From Candidatus Omnitrophota bacterium (GTDB lineage: Bacteria; Omnitrophota; Gorgyraeia; Zapsychrales; Fredricksoniimonadaceae), in NCBI GenBank assembly GCA_016201795.1, contig JACQCF010000018.1, positions 2,820-66,819 on the forward strand: DNA of 64,000 bases, given 5' to 3'. Shown piece by piece: positions 28,980 to 40,160 of this stretch (its first letter is position 1; each line of letters begins with the position of its first letter). The notes below the pieces were generated by a model that did no database searches, was not told where the DNA came from, and worked only from the letters and a program-made list of their open reading frames with translations. The translations under genes were made by a program, and so were the position numbers.

Positions 28980-29030
28980 TTACGATTTTAGGATTTGATT
29001 TTTAGCTTCAGGGATGCTATATTTTTAATA

Positions 29031-29125
29031 GAAAGCCGATTGTGATCATCAATGGTCTACAGGCCCGCAGATGCAGGGGGGCACACCAGACAAGAGATAA
29101 AGACAGATGACACGATTGGCTTTTA
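29031..29125 (+). ncRNA. Candidate structured small RNA of unknown family
   Basis: Own promoter TTGATT-17-TATATT (28995-29023) with extended -10 TG; 29032-29050 pairs with 29106-29123; ends in TTTT. Confidence 0.55.
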
Positions 29126-29141
29126 TGTTATAATGCCCCTC

Positions 29142-29447
29142 ATGTCTTTCGAACGTTTCCTGCGTATTTATAAGAAATTCTATTTTGATGAAGTCAAAGC
29201 CCACACGCTTTTGTATGGCGTTCTTTCTGGAAGCTGCGCGAATTGCAAAACTATGGACATTAAGCTTGATAGCCCGCAGTGCCCTTCCTGCAAGAATGCG
29301 TTTAAATACATTGCCTTTATGAATCCACGGGATCATTGGCCTAAAATGCTTAAGATAGCCCAGGAGCGCACTGATGTGATTTTTATGGATTATGATGATT
29401 TTAAGAAGTCAGAAGGCGAATTGAGGGCCAAAGATATTTTAAAATGA
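29142..29447 (+). CDS. Hypothetical protein with two CxxC motifs (Zn ribbon)
   Basis: CANC...CPSC; start reassigned to ATG 29142 behind TGtTATAAT. Confidence 0.7.
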   Translation: MSFERFLRIYKKFYFDEVKAHTLLYGVLSGSCANCKTMDIKLDSPQCPSCKNAFKYIAFMNPRDHWPKMLKIAQERTDVIFMDYDDFKKSEGELRAKDILK

Positions 29448-30586
29448 TTAATAAAAATAGACTGATTAAATTAACCCAAAGACTATTGCAGTTTAATTCA
29501 GTGAATCCGCCGGGCAATGAGTTGCAGGTAGCGCGTTTTATTGAGAAAGATTTGCGTTCGCTGGGGCTTGATGTCAAAACTTATAGTTTTCAAAAGAACC
29601 GTCCCAATGTGATTGCTACCCTTAAAGGAACCTGGCCGCGTCAGCAGGCAGCCAAAGAAGCGGTATTGATCACACCGCACATGGATACCGTGCCTTTTGG
29701 ACGGGGGTGGAAATTTAATCCTTTAGGCGCCACTATTAACCAAGGCCGCATTTACGGACGGGGTGCCAGCGATGATAAAGGCAATGCGGCCGTAGGCATG
29801 GAGGCCTTGTGTTCTTTGGTAGAAGACGGTACACGGCTTAAACGCGATATCATTTTTGCAGCCACCGTCGATGAAGAAACCGGCAGCCATCAGGGCATCA
29901 GGCCTTTATTAGAGAAGGGCATTTTGCGCCCTAAAGTTGCTTTGATTACGGATTCCGAGGAGTTTGACTGCATCATCGCCCAAAAAGGCCTGGTTCATGG
30001 CCGGGTACAGATTTTTGGTAAAAAAGCCCACGGCGCTTACAACTGGCTGGGGGTTAATGCCATTGAAATCGCCTCCCGCGTGATCAATCGTCTTAAGGAG
30101 CATCAGTTTAAATTCAAAAAACATCCGCTGCTGGTGCCGCCGACGAAAAATATCGGAACGATCCGCGGTGGGGATAAGGTCAATATGGTGGCGGATTTTT
30201 GCGAGTTTGCCATCGATATTCGTTTTATGCCGGGCATGAGGGTCCAGGGTGTTTTAAAAGAAATTAAGAAAATCATCGCTTGGGAGAGCAAAAATTTTAA
30301 AGTGATCATCGACGACACCCAAAAGCCTTATGAACTTAATTCCAGACATCCTTTTGTGAAAACCTATGTGGATGTGTGCCGCAACATGGGTTTGAAGGCG
30401 CGGTTAAAAGGAAGCCAGGGGGCAACGGTGATTACCTTTTTTCAGGATTATGGGATTCCGGCTTTTTCAACGGGCTGGGGCGCTCATGGGGTGATTCACG
30501 CCAACGATGAATACGCCTCTATCAAAACACTTTATAACGGAGCCAGGGTACTGGAGGCTTTTTTAAAGGAGTATGATAAGCATTAA
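29444..30586 (+). CDS. M20 metallopeptidase (ArgE/DapE family)
   Basis: HMDTVP, GRGASDDKG, DEETG and IHANDE. Confidence 0.9.
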   Translation: MINKNRLIKLTQRLLQFNSVNPPGNELQVARFIEKDLRSLGLDVKTYSFQKNRPNVIATLKGTWPRQQAAKEAVLITPHMDTVPFGRGWKFNPLGATINQGRIYGRGASDDKGNAAVGMEALCSLVEDGTRLKRDIIFAATVDEETGSHQGIRPLLEKGILRPKVALITDSEEFDCIIAQKGLVHGRVQIFGKKAHGAYNWLGVNAIEIASRVINRLKEHQFKFKKHPLLVPPTKNIGTIRGGDKVNMVADFCEFAIDIRFMPGMRVQGVLKEIKKIIAWESKNFKVIIDDTQKPYELNSRHPFVKTYVDVCRNMGLKARLKGSQGATVITFFQDYGIPAFSTGWGAHGVIHANDEYASIKTLYNGARVLEAFLKEYDKH

Positions 30587-31277
30587 AAGTTTCATGTCAT
30601 TGACACTTATTTTATTTGCTCTTTTTCAGAATGCCGTCTACGCTGATCCTTTTGCCTCTGGGGAGAAGGTTCATTATAATATCGTGCAGATGGGGCTTAA
30701 AGTCGGCGAGGCGACACTCAATTTTGTGGGACTCTTCCCGTACATGGGTCAAGATTTATTTTTGGTTATTTTTAAGGCCGAGGGTTTTAATTTTTTGGAT
30801 GAAGAGAAAATTTATTTAAACCCTCAAGACTACCTGCCGTTGATGGTGGATCGTAATTTGAATATTTTTGGTCATAAGGAAAGGATTATCGAAGAATATA
30901 TCCAAAAAGAGGGACGGGTTCGCGTTATGAAGATAGTCAATGAAAAAGTAACGGAACAGCGCATTGTTAAAAGGACGCCTTTGGACAATATTTACGCCTT
31001 CATTTACCGTTACCGCAAAAGCGGTTCATTTAAAATCGGTGATATGCTGGATGTGAATTTACCAACCAAAGATTTAAAGATTGAATTAGTCAAACGTATG
31101 TCTGTGCGTGCCGCTGGTAAAGAATATGACAGTTTTTTTATGCAAAGCAAACCGGCCAAATACAAAATTTGGTTTGATGCCTCAAGTCAGAAAATACCGC
31201 TTCGCATCAGCGGTGCTATAGGACTCGCCAATACCGTGATGGTGATGACAGGATATGAAAACACAATTGCCCGATAA
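30573..31277 (+). CDS. Exported DUF3108-like protein
   Basis: Signal peptide; GEKVHY...G.KVG.A and [12 protein letters not shown] pattern. Confidence 0.6.
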   Translation: MISIKSFMSLTLILFALFQNAVYADPFASGEKVHYNIVQMGLKVGEATLNFVGLFPYMGQDLFLVIFKAEGFNFLDEEKIYLNPQDYLPLMVDRNLNIFGHKERIIEEYIQKEGRVRVMKIVNEKVTEQRIVKRTPLDNIYAFIYRYRKSGSFKIGDMLDVNLPTKDLKIELVKRMSVRAAGKEYDSFFMQSKPAKYKIWFDASSQKIPLRISGAIGLANTVMVMTGYENTIAR

Positions 31278-32439
31278 AGGTGGTCATTTTGGCCCCTTCG
31301 GCGGCTGTTATGCGCCCGAGACTTTGATGGGCCTTTTGCTGGATCTTGAGAAAGAGTTTCATAAAATCCGCAGGGATCAAAAATTCCGACGGGAATTTGA
31401 ATTCTACCTGAAGGAATACGCCGGGCGGCCCACGAATTTATATCTGGCTAAACGTTTAAGCGCGTATTTAAAAACGCTCAAGGTGTATTTGAAGCGTGAG
31501 GATTTATTGCATACCGGCGCGCACAAAATCAATAATACCTTAGGGCAGATTCTCGTGGCCAGACGCATGGGCAAGACGCGTATTATCGCTGAGACCGGCG
31601 CCGGTCAGCACGGAGTGGCGACCGCCACGGCCGCGGCTTTATTTGGACTTAAATGCGTTATTTACATGGGATCGAAAGACGTGCGCCGTCAATCCTTAAA
31701 CGTTTTTCGCATGAAACTTTTGGGAGCCGAGGTAATCCCCGTCGAGAGCGGCTCCCGGACGCTTAAAGACGCCATGAATGAAGCGGTGCGCGATTGGGTG
31801 ACCAATGTGCGCGATACGTTTTACATCATCGGCTCTGTGGCCGGGTTTCATCCGTATCCGGTCATGGTCCGCACCTTTCAATCGGTCATCGGACAGGAAG
31901 CTCGTCGGCAATTTTTGAGCAAAGAAGGCCGCCTGCCGAATTATTTGGTGGCCTGTGTCGGCGGAGGCAGCAATGCCATGGGGCTGTTCCATGCGTTTTA
32001 TAAGGATCAATCCGTGAAGATGATCGGGGTAGAAGCGGCTGGCCACGGTCTTCATACGCATGCGCATGCCGCGACGCTCATGAAAGGTCAGGTGGGTGTT
32101 TTGCACGGCAGTAAAAGTATGCTGCTGCAGGACAAGGATGGTCAGGTGCAGATGGCGCATTCGGTGGCGGCGGGTTTGGATTATCCCGGGGTGGGACCTG
32201 AACATGCGTATTATCAAAAAATTGGCCGCGCCCAATATGTGGCCATCGATGACAAACAGGCTATTGCTGGTTTGAAGTTATTGGCCCGTACGGAAGGTAT
32301 TATTCCAGCGCTGGAAACCGCGCACGCCATTGCCTATTTAGAAAAATTAGCCCGACGGGTTAGGGGCAAAGCTTCCGTGATTGTCTGTTTATCCGGCCGA
32401 GGCGACAAGGACATGGGACAAATTTCACAGCTCATATGA
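31255..32439 (+). CDS. trpB: Tryptophan synthase beta chain
   Basis: [17 protein letters not shown] and GLDYPGVGP. Confidence 0.97.
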   Translation: MKTQLPDKGGHFGPFGGCYAPETLMGLLLDLEKEFHKIRRDQKFRREFEFYLKEYAGRPTNLYLAKRLSAYLKTLKVYLKREDLLHTGAHKINNTLGQILVARRMGKTRIIAETGAGQHGVATATAAALFGLKCVIYMGSKDVRRQSLNVFRMKLLGAEVIPVESGSRTLKDAMNEAVRDWVTNVRDTFYIIGSVAGFHPYPVMVRTFQSVIGQEARRQFLSKEGRLPNYLVACVGGGSNAMGLFHAFYKDQSVKMIGVEAAGHGLHTHAHAATLMKGQVGVLHGSKSMLLQDKDGQVQMAHSVAAGLDYPGVGPEHAYYQKIGRAQYVAIDDKQAIAGLKLLARTEGIIPALETAHAIAYLEKLARRVRGKASVIVCLSGRGDKDMGQISQLI

Positions 32440-33245
32440 ACCGCATTGATCAAACATTTCAACAATTACGTCGACAAAAAAAGAAAGCGTTTATCGCTTT
32501 TATCAGCGCCGGTGATCCGGATTTAAAAACCACCTATGATCTGGTGCTGGCTTTGGAAAAGGCAGGGGCGGATATCATTGAATTGGGAGTGCCTTTTTCC
32601 GATCCCATGGCGGATGGCCCGACCATCCAGGCCTCTTCCATGCGGGCTTTGCACAAAGGGGCATCTTTAAAAAAGATTTTGGATTTGGTCAAACGTTTGC
32701 GCCTGAAAACCCAAATTTCTTTATGTTTAATGACGTATTACAATATTATCTTTCATCATGGCGAAAAAAAATTTGTGCAAGATGCCAAGGCCTGCGGTGT
32801 CGATGGGGTCATTGTTCCGGATTTGCCTGCGCAAGAAGCTAAAACTTTAAGAAAGGCTGCTCAAATAGCTAATTTAGCTACGATTTTTTTTGTGGCACCG
32901 ACGACCAGCAATAAGCGTATCAAGCCGATTGCCCAAGCCTCCAAAGGTTTTATTTATTATATATCCTTAACCGGAGTGACGGGTGCGCGGCAGTCTTTGC
33001 CATCAACGATTACCGCTGATTTAAAACGTATTAAAAAGGTAACCGATAAGCCCGTATGTGTGGGCTTTGGAGTTTCTACCTCGCTCCAAGTGAAAGCCAT
33101 CAACCGGGTGGCTGACGGGGTCATTGTCGGCAGCGCCATTGTAAGGAAAATTGAAGAAAATTCTTCAAGGAATTGTTTGATTGAAAATGTTGCAAAATAC
33201 GTAAAATCTTTGGTCACTTTGTGTCATTGCGAAGGAACGAAGTGA
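32436..33245 (+). CDS. trpA: Tryptophan synthase alpha chain
   Basis: [26 protein letters not shown] and GSAIV. Confidence 0.97.
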   Translation: MNRIDQTFQQLRRQKKKAFIAFISAGDPDLKTTYDLVLALEKAGADIIELGVPFSDPMADGPTIQASSMRALHKGASLKKILDLVKRLRLKTQISLCLMTYYNIIFHHGEKKFVQDAKACGVDGVIVPDLPAQEAKTLRKAAQIANLATIFFVAPTTSNKRIKPIAQASKGFIYYISLTGVTGARQSLPSTITADLKRIKKVTDKPVCVGFGVSTSLQVKAINRVADGVIVGSAIVRKIEENSSRNCLIENVAKYVKSLVTLCHCEGTK

Positions 33246-33311
33246 CTGAAGCAATCTCTTAAAAAAGATTGCTTCGTCGCCCCGCATCAGCGGGACTCCT
33301 CGCAATGACAC
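33221..33311. repeat. Palindromic element family A, copy 2 (supplies trpA stop)
   Basis: GTGTCATTGCGA...TCGCAATGACAC with inner CCCGCATCAGCGGG. Confidence 0.9.
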
Positions 33312-33321
33312 TATATAATTC

Positions 33322-34593
33322 ATGCGCCGTCTAACCACTCTTGATAATAAAATCCGCATTGTCACCCAAACCTTAAAAGACCGCGACAGTACTGCGGTGG
33401 GGATCTGGTTTGGGGTCGGCGGCCGTTATGAAAACTCACGCCATAAAGGCCTGGCTCATTTTATGGAGCATATGGCTTTCAAAGGCAGCCAACACTATTC
33501 GTGCGATGAAATCAAACAGCTGATCGAAGGGGTGGGCGGCAACCTCAATGCTTTTACCGGTGAGGAAGAAACCTGTTATTATGCCAAAGTTCCCCGCCAA
33601 CACCTCCATCAAACTTTTGATATTCTGGCGGATATCAGTTTTTTTCCTAAAATTGCCAAAAGCGATTTGGAAAAAGAACGTACCGTGATTTTAGAAGAGA
33701 TTAAAATGTACCATGATCTGCCGCAGTATTACGTGGTGGAGCTTTTAGAAGAGCTTTTGTGGCCTCATCATCCGTTAGGGGAAAGTTTAGCAGGGACCAG
33801 GCAAGCCGTTTCTGCGATGAAGACCAAAGATTTAAAAAATTTTCAACAGCGTTTTTATGTGCCGGATAATGTGGTGATTGCCGCCTGCGGCGCCATGGAT
33901 CACGAGGATTTGATCAAAACCGTGGCCCAGAAATTGGGTCGTTTAAAAGGGTGTAAACAAGATCAGTATGTGGCGGCCCGACGCGGGCAGCATAATCCCT
34001 CAGCCAAATTTTTTACTAAAACGACCGAACAGATGCATTTGGCCCTGGGGTTTTTAGCCTATGAAATCAATCACAAAGACTATTACGTGCTGGCTTTGTT
34101 AAGTGTCATTTTAGGGGGGAATATGTCCAGCCGTTTGTTTAATGAAGTGCGTGAGCAAAGAGGGCTGGCCTATTCGATCGGCAGTTCGGTCAAAAGTTTG
34201 GATGATACCGGTATGTTGATGATTCGTGCCGGGGTTGATAATCACAAGATCGTCGATGCTCTGGAGCTGATCCTGAAAGTTTTGCGTAAAATCAGCCGTG
34301 AAGGCGCTGGCCAAGATGAGCTTAAACGGGCCAAAGAATATTTTTTAGGCCAGTTTCTTTTGGGCTTAGAAGACACTATGGAGCATATGATCTGGTTAGG
34401 GGGAGTACTCATCAGCCGTGATCAAACCAAAACCAGCCAGGACGTCATATTTAAAATTAACGCGGTCAGTTTAGGTGATATAAAGCGGGTGGCCGAGGAA
34501 ATTTTGGCACCGTCGGGTCTGAACGTCAGTTTAATTGGGCCTTTGGATAAATACCGGGAACGGGCGCTGGCTAAAATCGTGGGGATTGTCTAA
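33322..34593 (+). CDS. M16 (pitrilysin) family peptidase
   Basis: HFMEH (HxxEH), NAFT and SSRLFNEVREQRGLAY. Confidence 0.93.
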   Translation: MRRLTTLDNKIRIVTQTLKDRDSTAVGIWFGVGGRYENSRHKGLAHFMEHMAFKGSQHYSCDEIKQLIEGVGGNLNAFTGEEETCYYAKVPRQHLHQTFDILADISFFPKIAKSDLEKERTVILEEIKMYHDLPQYYVVELLEELLWPHHPLGESLAGTRQAVSAMKTKDLKNFQQRFYVPDNVVIAACGAMDHEDLIKTVAQKLGRLKGCKQDQYVAARRGQHNPSAKFFTKTTEQMHLALGFLAYEINHKDYYVLALLSVILGGNMSSRLFNEVREQRGLAYSIGSSVKSLDDTGMLMIRAGVDNHKIVDALELILKVLRKISREGAGQDELKRAKEYFLGQFLLGLEDTMEHMIWLGGVLISRDQTKTSQDVIFKINAVSLGDIKRVAEEILAPSGLNVSLIGPLDKYRERALAKIVGIV

Positions 34594-34620
34594 ACAAAGC
34601 AATTGTGTTATATTTTAAGT

Positions 34621-34962
34621 ATGGAAACAGTGAATCAACCTTTAGTGACGTTAACGGATTCTGCCGTCGAGAAAGTCAAGTCCATGATGACCAAAGAGGG
34701 CAAGGAAGGCTATGCCTTGCGTTTTGGTGTTGTCACCGGCGGGTGTGCGGGACTTTCGTATGAGATGAAATTTCAGAAAAATCCGTATGAGAATGACATT
34801 GCTTTTGAACAAAAGGGTTTGAAGATTATTATTAACCAGGAAAGCGTTGAGTTTGTCAAAGGTGTTGAAATCGATTATGTCGATACCCTGCGCGAAAGTG
34901 GTTTTAAATACAGCAACCCCGGTGCCAAGTCCAGTTGCGGCTGCGGTACGTCTTTTAGTTAA
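34621..34962 (+). CDS. A-type Fe-S cluster carrier (IscA/ErpA/SufA family)
   Basis: GGCAGLSY and CGCGTSF; start ATG 34621. Confidence 0.93.
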   Translation: METVNQPLVTLTDSAVEKVKSMMTKEGKEGYALRFGVVTGGCAGLSYEMKFQKNPYENDIAFEQKGLKIIINQESVEFVKGVEIDYVDTLRESGFKYSNPGAKSSCGCGTSFS

Positions 34963-36738
<1,776 letters not shown>

Positions 36739-36747
36739 ATTTGAGAT

Positions 36748-38589
36748 TTACGCTGTCGCTAACGTCAAAGAGGGGCTAAAGGCGTGGGCGTGGTCTTCAC
36801 AAATTCGCAGTAAATTCATTCGGCATTCTTCCAGTTCATTGAGCATTTTGGTGCGCAGTTCAACTGTTTCTTCTACCATTTGCGGGAAAAGCCCCCGGTA
36901 ATACTCAATGCCTTCCAACAGATTGTTTTTGAATTCCGTAAAATACTTGGCCTTGTGTTCGTTTAAGGAATCGAGGGATTTCTGGATGTCGCCTTTGAGA
37001 TAATCCACATACATCCGCAACTCTTTAATAAACATATGCGGCCGGTAAGTATCGTTTAAAAGATTGATGCGCCCGTAGATGTGGTCCACCATCTGGCGCA
37101 GGGCAACGATTTTAGAAAAGTGAGCGATATTCGGCCCCGGACAAATAGCACTGAAGCGCGGCACATTGGTGGAAATATCGTTTTTCATAAGAGCGACCTC
37201 ACCTAGATCATGGCAAATGCAGGCCTTGGAGACGATCGCATCAAAACGTTTTTTGTATTCCATCTCGTCTAAATTTTGGGTGCCCAACTGTTCGATTTTT
37301 GATTTTTGATACTGGCGGCTGGCGACGCAAATCGGCTGCGCGGTAAACTCCCTGTTGGAGACCAGATGCCCTTTGGGGCAGGCGCTGCCCGGACGGCCGC
37401 GCACGACTTTCATGTCTTTTTCCATATCGCTTAAGGAATCGCGCAGATTGTTAAAGGGGATACCCAGCGGCGAAACATCGCTCACATACAAATCTTTTTC
37501 CGTGGCTTTGGCCAATTTGTTTAAGGTCACTACATCCACATTGGTGGCTTCGGGGCAGAGCAGAAACGGCGTGGCCCAGCCGGTGCCGTCGAGGTCATAG
37601 CGTTTGCGCAGAAATTCATCTTCTCTGACGTTACCGATGCCGCCCTGGGCCGTGATTCTGACCTCGTGCGGCTGGTTAGAGCAAATTTTATTTTTGAGCT
37701 TTAACGCTTCATTACAAATTTTGTGCAATTCGTCCACCAGCTGCTGGCGTTTGGCGCGGAATTCTTCCAGGATAGGCCCCATTAAAAATCCGTCGGTGGC
37801 AAAAAGGTGTCCGCCGCAGTTAAGGCCGGATTCAATACGGTATTCGGAGACCCACAGGCCCTTTTTGGCAAAGAATTTACCCTGAATGAGGGTGGAACGA
37901 AAATCGCTGACTTTAAGGATAATTTTCTTTTTGATTTCACCTTTTGTATCGGCATAAAAATCTTTAAACTGCTCGGCGTAGGCGTACAGGCGGCGGTTAA
38001 ACCCGGCTGAGAAGACGATGGCTGATTTCAGTTTACTCTGGGCGTAGCCGCGCAGGGCGGAGAGCGCATCCGAAAATTCCGGGGGCAAGAGGTTGCCTTG
38101 AACGTCATAATTGTCGCGGTCGAGTTTGGTCATAATATTGACGTTGATATCCCCCGGTCTCATGGACTCCCGTAAACTTTTTTGCAGGGCTATTTTGAGT
38201 TTATGATCCGTGCAGGAAAGCATGTGCTGGTAAGCGGCCTTGAGTACGGAGTCTTCCGGCAGCATCTCAAAATATTTGGTGATTTCTGAGCCGGGCTCAA
38301 ATTCAGAATTTTTGACAGCCTCAAATTCTTTCTCCACAATCCAGTGCACCAAATCCAGATAGGTGGTGATGCGCCGGGCGCGCCAATCCTCATCGTGTTT
38401 GGTGATGGGCGTATAGGCTTGCTGGTATTTTTCGCAGTAAAATTTGCGCATCTGCTCAATGAGCGTATCATCCACCAGGGAAATGACGGAGTGAATGCCG
38501 TACTTGGCCACTTTAATAGGGGTATCAATCGAAAACCCCGTGCCCATGACCGGAATATGGAAACTGTGAATAGGGGGTACTTTCAACAT
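36748..38589 (-). CDS. Conserved hypothetical protein, possibly a remote NMO/FabK-like FMN oxidoreductase with Cys ligands
   Basis: ESGLNCGGH, TAQGGIG, GWATPF, SPLGIPF, CICHDL and CPGP; start reassigned to ATG 38589. Confidence 0.6.
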   Translation of the reverse strand: MLKVPPIHSFHIPVMGTGFSIDTPIKVAKYGIHSVISLVDDTLIEQMRKFYCEKYQQAYTPITKHDEDWRARRITTYLDLVHWIVEKEFEAVKNSEFEPGSEITKYFEMLPEDSVLKAAYQHMLSCTDHKLKIALQKSLRESMRPGDINVNIMTKLDRDNYDVQGNLLPPEFSDALSALRGYAQSKLKSAIVFSAGFNRRLYAYAEQFKDFYADTKGEIKKKIILKVSDFRSTLIQGKFFAKKGLWVSEYRIESGLNCGGHLFATDGFLMGPILEEFRAKRQQLVDELHKICNEALKLKNKICSNQPHEVRITAQGGIGNVREDEFLRKRYDLDGTGWATPFLLCPEATNVDVVTLNKLAKATEKDLYVSDVSPLGIPFNNLRDSLSDMEKDMKVVRGRPGSACPKGHLVSNREFTAQPICVASRQYQKSKIEQLGTQNLDEMEYKKRFDAIVSKACICHDLGEVALMKNDISTNVPRFSAICPGPNIAHFSKIVALRQMVDHIYGRINLLNDTYRPHMFIKELRMYVDYLKGDIQKSLDSLNEHKAKYFTEFKNNLLEGIEYYRGLFPQMVEETVELRTKMLNELEECRMNLLRICEDHAHAFSPSLTLATA

Positions 38590-38716
38590 GTTTATAGTAT
38601 AAACCATAGGGGCTGGAAAGCAAGAAATATGTTGTTGAAATTATTTAATACTTAGTTATACTACAGGGCAGATTTGAACAGGTTTTAATCCTTAACTTAC
38701 AGTGAGGAAATTGGTT

Positions 38717-39397
38717 ATGAACGACGATTTTAATTCTTTGTGGCAGTCACTGGCACTTTTGCTGCGTTCTCATCCGTGGCACGGTATTCCCATCGGTGAG
38801 GATGCGCCTAAATTGGTGAATACTTATATTGAAACGGTTCCTTCAGATACGGTCAAATATGAAATGGATAAAAAAAGTGGGTTTTTAAAAGTCGACCGTC
38901 CACAGAAATATTCCAGTATTTGTCCGACACTATACGGGTTTATCCCGCAAACTTACTGTTCCAAAAATGTGGCTCAACTCTGCCGCGAACGCACGGGCCG
39001 CGATTATGTCATCGGGGATGATGACCCTATGGACATTTGCGTCTTGACCGAAAAGGTGATCAGCCACGGAGATATTATCGTGCGCGCCATGCCCATCGGC
39101 GGCTTTCGCATGATCGACGGGGGACAGGCGGATGATAAAATCATCGCGGTGATGCAGGGCGACGGCCTTTACAGCCAGTGGAATAATATCGAAGACTGTC
39201 CGCGCGCTTTCGTCGACCGGCTCAAACATTATTTTCTGACCTACAAAGACCTTCCCGGTTCCGATGACCGCGTTTGCGAAATCACCCACGTTTACGGACG
39301 CGAGGAAGCCATGGAGGTCATCCGCCGTTCCCGCGCGGATTACACCGAACGTTTCGGCCAGCTGGAAGCCATGATTGCCGATATCCACGAAGAGTAG
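38717..39397 (+). CDS. ppa: Inorganic pyrophosphatase (family I)
   Basis: HPWH, KYEMDK, YGFIPQT, DDDPMD and DDKII. Confidence 0.93.
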   Translation: MNDDFNSLWQSLALLLRSHPWHGIPIGEDAPKLVNTYIETVPSDTVKYEMDKKSGFLKVDRPQKYSSICPTLYGFIPQTYCSKNVAQLCRERTGRDYVIGDDDPMDICVLTEKVISHGDIIVRAMPIGGFRMIDGGQADDKIIAVMQGDGLYSQWNNIEDCPRAFVDRLKHYFLTYKDLPGSDDRVCEITHVYGREEAMEVIRRSRADYTERFGQLEAMIADIHEE

Positions 39398-39406
39398 TTT
39401 TGTTGT

Positions 39407-40153
39407 ATGAGCAAACCGACCAGGTTTCTTTATCTAGGAGTTTTTGTTTTGGCAGGGATCTTGAGTGCCCCTGCTTATGCCGAGGGCGCATTTAAAAAGG
39501 ATAATCCCGACCCAGGTAAATACGAATTTGCCCGCAGCTATATTTCCGCTTTAAGTTATTTCTATGCTATCGATCAACGTTGGACTCAAAATCCTCCCAA
39601 GAAAAAATTTGCCGGTCAGGATTTAAAAATCATTCGCCGTAGCATGGAGTATTTAGTTTGGGATAACGCGGATTTAAGGATAGCTAAAAATTATATGGTT
39701 AAATATTTGTATGTGCCCAATGCCCTCATGCGGAAAGCTTCTGACATGATGATCGCGGCCTGCTATCGAGACATTGCTTTGAATAATCAGGAAAAACGGT
39801 TGTGGCAGGATTGGCTGGATAAAAAATTTTTGCGGCTGGCGATCAACCAAGACGAAAGAGCTTTTATCAAGGCTCAAGAAGCGCTGGAGCACAAGCGCAA
39901 AGAATCAGATAAATCTATTATCGAGGCTTCGATTTTGATGACCAGGGTTTTGTTAAGCCAGGATAATCCCGACGAAAAGGGACATCGCTTGGCGATCACC
40001 TCTAAAGAGCGTAATCAATTAGTGGATCATCTGGATCGTTTTGGCCGTTTGGTTTCGGATTGGGGTCTTAAAGACGGGCAGACCACTCTTGAAGCGTCCA
40101 TTGCCGTCATACGTGAAGTGTTAGAAGATTCCGTTTGGATTTCCCATAAATAA
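39407..40153 (+). CDS. Exported hypothetical protein
   Basis: Signal peptide ending AYA; helical; no family recognised. Confidence 0.7.
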   Translation: MSKPTRFLYLGVFVLAGILSAPAYAEGAFKKDNPDPGKYEFARSYISALSYFYAIDQRWTQNPPKKKFAGQDLKIIRRSMEYLVWDNADLRIAKNYMVKYLYVPNALMRKASDMMIAACYRDIALNNQEKRLWQDWLDKKFLRLAINQDERAFIKAQEALEHKRKESDKSIIEASILMTRVLLSQDNPDEKGHRLAITSKERNQLVDHLDRFGRLVSDWGLKDGQTTLEASIAVIREVLEDSVWISHK

Positions 40154-40160
40154 GCTTTTC

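Noticed and set aside
29052-29141. N-terminal extension of ORF 29052..29447
   Set aside because: No SD, it overlaps the paired RNA candidate, and a -10 box points to ATG 29142.
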